DNA of 64,000 nucleotides from Escherichia coli (GTDB lineage Bacteria; Pseudomonadota; Gammaproteobacteria; Enterobacterales; Enterobacteriaceae): NCBI RefSeq assembly GCF_003018115.1, contig NZ_CP027457.1; one strand, 5' to 3'. Shown piece by piece: positions 55,216 to 64,000 of this stretch (position 1 is its first letter; each line of letters starts with the position of its first letter). The notes under the pieces were generated by a model. It saw only the letters and a program-made list of their open reading frames with translations, ran no database searches and was not told where the DNA came from. The position numbers and the translations under genes were made by a program.

Positions 55216-56214
55216 ATGAATAAGAAGGTGTTAACCCTATCTGCTGTGATGGCCAGCATGTTATTCGGTGCCGCTGCACACGCTGCTGATACTCGCATTG
55301 GTGTAACAATCTATAAGTACGACGATAACTTTATGTCTGTAGTGCGCAAGGCTATTGAGCAAGATGCGAAAGCCGCGCCAGATGTTCAGCTGCTGATGAA
55401 TGATTCTCAGAATGACCAGTCCAAGCAGAACGATCAGATCGACGTATTGCTGGCGAAAGGGGTGAAGGCACTGGCAATCAACCTGGTTGACCCGGCAGCT
55501 GCGGGTACGGTGATTGAGAAAGCGCGTGGGCAAAACGTGCCGGTGGTTTTCTTCAACAAAGAACCGTCTCGTAAGGCGCTGGATAGCTACGACAAAGCCT
55601 ACTACGTTGGCACTGACTCCAAAGAGTCCGGCATTATTCAGGGCGATTTGATTGCTAAACACTGGACGGCGAATCAGGGTTGGGATCTGAACAAAGACGG
55701 TCAGATTCAGTTCGTACTGCTGAAAGGTGAACCGGGCCATCCGGATGCAGAAGCACGTACCACTTACGTGATTAAAGAGCTGAACGACAAAGGCATTAAA
55801 ACTGAACAGTTACAGTTAGATACCGCTATGTGGGATACCGCTCAGGCGAAAGATAAGATGGACGCTTGGCTGTCTGGCCCGAACGCCAACAAAATCGAAG
55901 TGGTTATCGCCAACAACGATGCGATGGCAATGGGCGCGGTAGAAGCACTGAAAGCACACAACAAGTCCAGCATTCCGGTGTTTGGCGTCGATGCGCTGCC
56001 AGAAGCGCTGGCGCTGGTGAAATCCGGTGCACTGGCGGGCACCGTACTGAACGATGCTAACAACCAGGCGAAAGCGACCTTTGATCTGGCGAAAAACCTG
56101 GCCGATGGTAAAGGTGCGGCTGATGGCACCAACTGGAAAATCGACAACAAAGTGGTCCGCGTACCTTATGTTGGCGTAGATAAAGACAACCTGGCTGAAT
56201 TCAGCAAGAAATAA
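55216..56214 (+). CDS. mglB: Galactose/glucose ABC transporter periplasmic binding protein
   Basis: ORF track 332 aa. Confidence 0.95.
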   Translation: MNKKVLTLSAVMASMLFGAAAHAADTRIGVTIYKYDDNFMSVVRKAIEQDAKAAPDVQLLMNDSQNDQSKQNDQIDVLLAKGVKALAINLVDPAAAGTVIEKARGQNVPVVFFNKEPSRKALDSYDKAYYVGTDSKESGIIQGDLIAKHWTANQGWDLNKDGQIQFVLLKGEPGHPDAEARTTYVIKELNDKGIKTEQLQLDTAMWDTAQAKDKMDAWLSGPNANKIEVVIANNDAMAMGAVEALKAHNKSSIPVFGVDALPEALALVKSGALAGTVLNDANNQAKATFDLAKNLADGKGAADGTNWKIDNKVVRVPYVGVDKDNLAEFSKK

Positions 56215-56274
56215 GACTGATTGGGCGCAGTCTATTACTGCGCCCTTATTGTATGGCCAACAAGGTAAAATTAT

Positions 56275-57795
56275 ATGGTCAGCTCAACGACTCCGTCTTC
56301 CGGGGAATACTTGTTGGAAATGAGCGGTATCAACAAGTCTTTTCCTGGTGTTAAGGCACTGGATAACGTTAATTTAAAAGTCCGGCCACATTCTATCCAT
56401 GCATTAATGGGGGAAAACGGTGCAGGAAAATCGACATTATTAAAATGCCTGTTTGGTATTTATCAAAAAGACTCCGGCACCATTTTATTCCAGGGTAAAG
56501 AGATCGATTTCCATTCTGCAAAAGAAGCCCTAGAAAATGGTATTTCGATGGTACACCAGGAGTTAAACCTGGTATTACAACGTTCGGTGATGGATAACAT
56601 GTGGCTGGGGCGATATCCCACCAAAGGCATGTTTGTCGATCAGGACAAAATGTACCGCGAAACCAAAGCGATTTTTGATGAACTGGATATTGATATCGAT
56701 CCGCGTGCGCGCGTCGGCACATTATCTGTTTCGCAAATGCAGATGATCGAAATCGCCAAAGCGTTTTCCTATAACGCGAAAATTGTGATTATGGATGAAC
56801 CGACTTCTTCGTTAACCGAAAAAGAGGTCAATCATCTGTTCACTATTATTCGTAAATTAAAAGAGCGCGGCTGCGGTATTGTTTATATCTCGCATAAAAT
56901 GGAAGAAATCTTCCAGTTATGTGATGAAGTTACCGTATTGCGCGACGGTCAGTGGATCGCCACCGAACCGCTGGCAGGGCTGACGATGGACAAGATTATC
57001 GCCATGATGGTTGGGCGTTCTCTTAACCAGCGTTTTCCTGACAAAGAAAACAAGCCGGGCGAAGTCATCCTCGAGGTGCGTAACCTGACGTCACTGCGCC
57101 AGCCGTCGATTCGCGATGTCTCGTTTGATCTGCATAAAGGGGAGATCCTCGGTATTGCCGGTCTGGTGGGGGCGAAACGTACCGATATTGTTGAGACGTT
57201 ATTTGGTATTCGCGAGAAATCGGCTGGCACCATTACGTTGCACGGCAAAAAGATCAATAACCATAATGCCAACGAAGCCATAAACCACGGATTTGCACTG
57301 GTAACTGAGGAGCGCCGCTCAACGGGAATTTATGCCTATCTGGATATTGGTTTTAACTCGTTAATTTCCAATATTCGCAACTACAAAAATAAAGTTGGTT
57401 TACTGGATAACTCGCGGATGAAAAGCGATACCCAGTGGGTGATTGATTCGATGCGGGTAAAAACACCGGGGCATCGGACGCAAATTGGTTCGCTCTCAGG
57501 TGGTAATCAGCAAAAGGTGATTATTGGGCGCTGGCTACTAACGCAACCGGAAATATTAATGCTCGATGAACCGACGCGCGGTATTGATGTCGGGGCGAAG
57601 TTTGAGATCTATCAGTTAATTGCCGAACTGGCGAAGAAAGGCAAAGGGATTATTATTATCTCCTCTGAAATGCCTGAGTTGTTAGGGATAACAGACCGTA
57701 TTCTGGTCATGAGCAACGGTCTCGTTTCCGGAATTGTCGACACAAAAACAACAACGCAAAACGAAATTCTGCGTCTTGCGTCTTTGCACCTTTAA
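56275..57795 (+). CDS. mglA: Galactose/methyl-galactoside ABC transporter ATP-binding protein
   Basis: ORF track 506 aa. Confidence 0.95.
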   Translation: MVSSTTPSSGEYLLEMSGINKSFPGVKALDNVNLKVRPHSIHALMGENGAGKSTLLKCLFGIYQKDSGTILFQGKEIDFHSAKEALENGISMVHQELNLVLQRSVMDNMWLGRYPTKGMFVDQDKMYRETKAIFDELDIDIDPRARVGTLSVSQMQMIEIAKAFSYNAKIVIMDEPTSSLTEKEVNHLFTIIRKLKERGCGIVYISHKMEEIFQLCDEVTVLRDGQWIATEPLAGLTMDKIIAMMVGRSLNQRFPDKENKPGEVILEVRNLTSLRQPSIRDVSFDLHKGEILGIAGLVGAKRTDIVETLFGIREKSAGTITLHGKKINNHNANEAINHGFALVTEERRSTGIYAYLDIGFNSLISNIRNYKNKVGLLDNSRMKSDTQWVIDSMRVKTPGHRTQIGSLSGGNQQKVIIGRWLLTQPEILMLDEPTRGIDVGAKFEIYQLIAELAKKGKGIIIISSEMPELLGITDRILVMSNGLVSGIVDTKTTTQNEILRLASLHL

Positions 57796-57810
57796 GATTA
57801 GGGGCTTCCC

Positions 57811-58821
57811 ATGAGTGCGTTAAATAAGAAAAGTTTTCTTACTTACCTGAAAGAGGGCGGTATTTACGTCGTTCTTTTAGTTTTGCTGGCGATTATTATT
57901 TTCCAGGACCCAACATTTTTAAGTCTGTTGAACTTAAGTAATATTCTCACCCAGTCATCGGTGCGTATTATTATCGCGCTCGGTGTGGCAGGGTTAATTG
58001 TCACCCAGGGGACCGACCTTTCTGCAGGTCGCCAGGTGGGGCTGGCGGCAGTAGTAGCGGCGACGTTATTGCAGTCCATGGATAACGCCAACAAAGTGTT
58101 CCCGGAAATGGCGACGATGCCGATTGCGCTGGTTATTCTGATTGTCTGTGCCATTGGTGCGGTGATCGGTTTGATCAACGGTCTGATTATCGCCTATCTC
58201 AACGTGACGCCGTTCATTACCACGCTCGGCACGATGATCATCGTCTATGGCATCAACTCGCTTTATTACGACTTTGTCGGGGCGTCGCCAATTTCTGGTT
58301 TTGACAGTGGCTTCTCTACCTTTGCTCAGGGCTTTGTCGCGCTGGGGAGTTTCCGTCTCTCTTACATCACCTTCTACGCGTTGATTGCGGTGGCGTTCGT
58401 CTGGGTGTTGTGGAACAAAACCCGCTTCGGTAAGAACATTTTTGCCATTGGCGGTAACCCGGAAGCGGCAAAAGTATCTGGTGTCAACGTCGGCCTGAAC
58501 CTGCTGATGATCTACGCGTTGTCTGGCGTGTTCTATGCCTTTGGCGGGATGTTAGAAGCCGGACGTATCGGCTCTGCCACCAACAACCTCGGCTTTATGT
58601 ATGAACTGGATGCTATCGCGGCGTGCGTGGTAGGCGGTGTATCGTTCAGCGGCGGTGTGGGGACGGTGATTGGCGTGGTGACCGGGGTAATTATTTTTAC
58701 CGTCATCAACTATGGCCTGACGTACATCGGCGTAAACCCATACTGGCAGTACATCATCAAAGGGGCGATTATTATCTTCGCCGTAGCGCTGGATTCACTG
58801 AAGTACGCGCGTAAGAAGTGA
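57811..58821 (+). CDS. mglC: Galactose/methyl-galactoside ABC transporter permease
   Basis: ORF track 336 aa. Confidence 0.95.
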   Translation: MSALNKKSFLTYLKEGGIYVVLLVLLAIIIFQDPTFLSLLNLSNILTQSSVRIIIALGVAGLIVTQGTDLSAGRQVGLAAVVAATLLQSMDNANKVFPEMATMPIALVILIVCAIGAVIGLINGLIIAYLNVTPFITTLGTMIIVYGINSLYYDFVGASPISGFDSGFSTFAQGFVALGSFRLSYITFYALIAVAFVWVLWNKTRFGKNIFAIGGNPEAAKVSGVNVGLNLLMIYALSGVFYAFGGMLEAGRIGSATNNLGFMYELDAIAACVVGGVSFSGGVGTVIGVVTGVIIFTVINYGLTYIGVNPYWQYIIKGAIIIFAVALDSLKYARKK

Positions 58822-58879
58822 AATGATTGTGGTCCGCATTCGGTCATAAAGGCACATAACATCATGATCTGTGTGGTTT

Positions 58880-59055
58880 TGTAGGCCGGATAAGGCGTTC
58901 ATGCCGCATCCGGCGACAGGAGCCAAATGCCGGATGCAACGCTGGCGCGTTTTATCCGGCCTACAATGAGCTCAACATACTGATTTGTATGGTTTTGTAG
59001 GCCGGATAAGGCGTTCAAGCCGCATCCGGCGACAGGAACCAAATGCCGGATGCGT
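58880..59055. repeat. REP/BIME-type extragenic palindromes (about three copies of GCCGGATAAGGCGTT..GCCGCATCCGGC)
   Basis: Repeated imperfect palindromes between mglC and preA. Confidence 0.8.
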
Positions 59056-59063
59056 CTCTGGTT

Positions 59064-60305
59064 TTACAACGTTACCGGGTGTTCTTTCTCGCCTTTCTTA
59101 AACTTCACTTCCCCGAGCTCAATACAACCCACCGGGCAGACGTGACCACAAAGCAGACAACCCACACATTTCTCGGTATTACAATGCGGTGTGCGGGTTT
59201 TCTCGCTCCATTCCATCGCCTGGTGACCGCCGTCGTAACAGGAAATATAACAGCGTCCACAGCCAACACATTTATCAAGATTGATACGGGGATAGACAAT
59301 ATAACTGCGGTCTAAATCTTCCGCCGGGACAATATTGTTATTCGCCAGACCTACCATCTCCTGCAACGAATCAAATCCCTGATCGGCGAGATAATGCGAT
59401 AACCCGCTCGCCATATCTTCTACGATGCGATAGCCGTACTGCATAATGCCGGTGGTGACCTGTAACGTTGCTGCGCCGAGCAATAAAAACTCCGCCGCAT
59501 CCTCCCAGGTTTCAATGCCGCCGATACCGCTGATTGGGAAATCGCGCAGTTCTGGATGGGTGCGCATTTGCTGAATGAAGCGCAGGGCGATCGGTTTTAC
59601 CGCTTTACCGGAATATCCGGAAATACTCGATTTTCCGTTAACGATCGGCATACCGATTTTCTGATTAAGATCGATATTGGTGATGGATTTAACAGTGTTA
59701 ATCGCCGCAATGCCATCTGCGCCGCCGCGCTTCGCCGCCAGCGCCACTTCGCACATATCACCGATATTCGGCGTCATCTTCGCCAACATCGGCAGCGTGG
59801 AACCCCGTTTCACTGCCCGACAATATTTTTCTACCAGCTCCGGGCTTTGCCCGACATCGCTACCCATCGCATGAGAAGTCATTTGCGGACAGGAGAAGTT
59901 ACACTCGATCATATCGGCGCCAGCTTCTTGCACCAGACGCGCCAGCTCCTCCCATTGCTGCTCATTTTCCCCCATGATCGAAGCGATCAATACTTTGTCC
60001 GGGTAATCTTCCTTCAGCCGACGCAGGGCGGCCAGATTCTCTTCCAACGGATGCTCGGCAATCTGCTCCATATTTTTGAAGCCGATAAAACCGGTATCTT
60101 CTTTCACCAGATGATCAAAACGCGGCGAGACTTCGTTGGCGATAAAAAAGCCGATCGTTTTAAACACCACGCCGCCCCAACCTGTGTCGTAGGCTTTGGC
60201 ACACATCTCATAGCAGTTGCCTACCGGCGAAGAAGAGAGGCAGAACGGGTTGGGAAACTTCACGCCGCAAAAAGTAATCGAAAGATCTTTCGTTAACATG
60301 AGCAA
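59064..60305 (-). CDS. preA: NAD-dependent dihydropyrimidine dehydrogenase subunit PreA (YeiA)
   Basis: ORF track 413 aa; 4Fe-4S ferredoxin cysteine motifs at C-terminus. Confidence 0.9.
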   Translation of the reverse strand: MLMLTKDLSITFCGVKFPNPFCLSSSPVGNCYEMCAKAYDTGWGGVVFKTIGFFIANEVSPRFDHLVKEDTGFIGFKNMEQIAEHPLEENLAALRRLKEDYPDKVLIASIMGENEQQWEELARLVQEAGADMIECNFSCPQMTSHAMGSDVGQSPELVEKYCRAVKRGSTLPMLAKMTPNIGDMCEVALAAKRGGADGIAAINTVKSITNIDLNQKIGMPIVNGKSSISGYSGKAVKPIALRFIQQMRTHPELRDFPISGIGGIETWEDAAEFLLLGAATLQVTTGIMQYGYRIVEDMASGLSHYLADQGFDSLQEMVGLANNNIVPAEDLDRSYIVYPRINLDKCVGCGRCYISCYDGGHQAMEWSEKTRTPHCNTEKCVGCLLCGHVCPVGCIELGEVKFKKGEKEHPVTL

Positions 60306-61531
60306 GCTCCCTCTAAATAGTGATGAATCGCCTCGGCGGCTTCTTTCCCGGTTTTCACGGCATAGACCACGGTTTTGTCACCCTCTACAATATCGCCAGC
60401 AGCAAAGACTTGCGGATCGCGGGTCTGATAATTTTGTGTTTTGATGGTGTTACGCTGCGGCTCTAACTCCGCAAAGACATCCAGTCTGGCATGCTGACCG
60501 ACGGCGAGAATAATTTTATCTGCCGCCATCGTCAGTTCGCCCGATAACCGTACATGCTTAAACGTGACTTTATTGCCTTCCACGGCTACTGGCGTGAATC
60601 CATCGATGATCGAAACGCCCAGCTCCCGGGCGCTGGCAAACTCTTTTTCGCTTGCCGGAAACTCATCTAACTCTTCACGCGCTACGCAAGTTACCGCCTG
60701 ACAGCCGAGAACTTTCAGCGTGCTGGCTACGTCCATCGCGACATCACCGCCGCCGATAATTAATGCGCTTTGTGGAATGCTGATATCGCCTTGCGCCTGT
60801 CGTGCACGTTGCAGGAAGTCGACGGCAATCTCAACGTCGCTATGCTCAAACAGCGGTAGCCCGGAACCGCTTGATAACCCCACGGTGACCAGTACCGCGC
60901 GGTTTTCCGCTTTCAGTTGCTCCAGGGTGAGTGTTTTACCGATTTCGTTATTGCACTTAATGGTCACGCCCATTTTTTCAATACGGGCGATCTCTGCATC
61001 CAGCACTGATTGCGGTAACCGGAATTGCGGAATACCGTTACGCAACCAGCCACCGGGGTGCGCTTCTTTCTCATAAATCGTGACGTCATAACCCTGGTTT
61101 GTCAGTGTCACACTGGCCTGCAATCCGGCAGGACCTGCGCCAATAATCGCGACTTTGCCGAGCATTTTAGTACCGGGCTGATAAATTTCCATCCCGGTTT
61201 GTTGTTCAAAATCAGTAACAAAACGCTGTAAGCGGCCGATATCAATGGGAGCATCAACACCGGCACGGGTACAACCGCTTTGGCATAATTTCTCCGTCGG
61301 GCACACTCTGGCACAAACGGCACCGAGGGCATTATTTTCGCGAATTGTCTCGGCAGCGCCTTTAAAATTACGAAAGTAGATTGAGCGAATAAATTTCCCC
61401 GGATCGGTCTGTGCCGGGCAAGCCTGACTACAGGGAGCGTCGTGACATAATAAACAGCGAGAGGCTTCTTTAATCGCCAGTAACGGCGTAAAAGCCGGAG
61501 TGAGTTCATCCAGATAATTTTGTTGCGGCAT
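60293..61531 (-). CDS. preT: NAD-dependent dihydropyrimidine dehydrogenase subunit PreT (YeiT)
   Basis: ORF track 412 aa. Confidence 0.9.
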   Translation of the reverse strand: MPQQNYLDELTPAFTPLLAIKEASRCLLCHDAPCSQACPAQTDPGKFIRSIYFRNFKGAAETIRENNALGAVCARVCPTEKLCQSGCTRAGVDAPIDIGRLQRFVTDFEQQTGMEIYQPGTKMLGKVAIIGAGPAGLQASVTLTNQGYDVTIYEKEAHPGGWLRNGIPQFRLPQSVLDAEIARIEKMGVTIKCNNEIGKTLTLEQLKAENRAVLVTVGLSSGSGLPLFEHSDVEIAVDFLQRARQAQGDISIPQSALIIGGGDVAMDVASTLKVLGCQAVTCVAREELDEFPASEKEFASARELGVSIIDGFTPVAVEGNKVTFKHVRLSGELTMAADKIILAVGQHARLDVFAELEPQRNTIKTQNYQTRDPQVFAAGDIVEGDKTVVYAVKTGKEAAEAIHHYLEGACSC

Positions 61532-61724
61532 GTGATCTTCCTTAATGCTATGAGTAATTAAGGCGAACGCTAAATAAATATTGCGTGCTGATATTAAGGC
61601 TATGCGCGTGGGGAAATTTAAACTGTGAAAGGATTCACAAATAGCTGCGGTTCAGAATGTTATATCCGCAGCTTATTGAGTGAAGTAATAATTATTCTCA
61701 ATAATTAACAGAAAAGAGAAAATA

Positions 61725-63720
<1,996 letters not shown>

Positions 63721-63849
63721 GGCGTTGCCTCATAATCATGTAATGGGATAACAGTTTACGAACCCGTTATGGCTTTATATGTGATCTGAATCTCATTAAT
63801 TATGCAACGCGTGAAACTTACATCAAAAATGCGCGACGCATCGCAAATT

Positions 63850-64000
63850 TTAGCCCATTACTGCCAGAATAATCGGGAAAAGGAACGGTGCGATCAGCGA
63901 AGTAATTATCCCGCATAACACCAGCGCCAGCGAACTAAATGCACCTTCCTGATAATCCAGCTCGGCGCAGCGCGCCGTACCGAGGGCGTGCGAGGCAGTC
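63850..64000 (-). CDS. yohK: Membrane protein YohK (LrgB-like), C-terminal part; 5' end beyond window
   Basis: Open minus-strand frame ending ...IITSLIAPFLFPIILAVMG* at 63850; synteny. Confidence 0.7.
   Translation of the reverse strand, partial: TASHALGTARCAELDYQEGAFSSLALVLCGIITSLIAPFLFPIILAVMG

Noticed and set aside
58880-59055. Repeated palindromes between mglC and preA as a possible mobile element or regulatory array
   Set aside because: Sequence matches ordinary REP/BIME extragenic palindromes common in E. coli intergenic regions; similar single copies occur near 39550, 42750 and 62800.

Overview
Window of an Escherichia coli-type chromosome (the cdd-mgl-fru-yej-proL region, reverse-complemented relative to K-12 numbering). 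Positions ~9.5-64 kb are conserved core genes in K-12 order (yejM through cdd and the end of yohK) with no obvious insertions; gene names there are assigned from memory of K-12 proteins, not from a search. Positions 1-9343 are the accessory part: an integrated mobile element lying next to tRNA-Pro (proL, 9344-9420), where K-12 has yejO. It carries a P4-type tyrosine integrase, an AlpA-like regulator, a divergent switch region with two tandem ribbon-helix-helix (RHH) + small-partner modules, a tightly coupled minus-strand operon of six small unknown ORFs feeding into a RecA-fold replication ATPase, an iteron-like putative origin, two further small ORFs (one possibly PerC-like), and a ClpP-type protease-capsid fusion gene that runs off the window start. 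The element's other end is outside the window. I read it as a PICI-like or capsid-encoding phage satellite, or a small prophage remnant. The most promising candidates for an undescribed system are the six-small-gene operon (4363-5748) and the duplicated RHH-partner modules (5932-7059). Other points worth a look are two 8-nt G/C homopolymer tracts, a gene with a strong Shine-Dalgarno sequence (SD) but no canonical start codon, and palindromic operator arrays. All function calls in the island are inference from sequence motifs and gene context.
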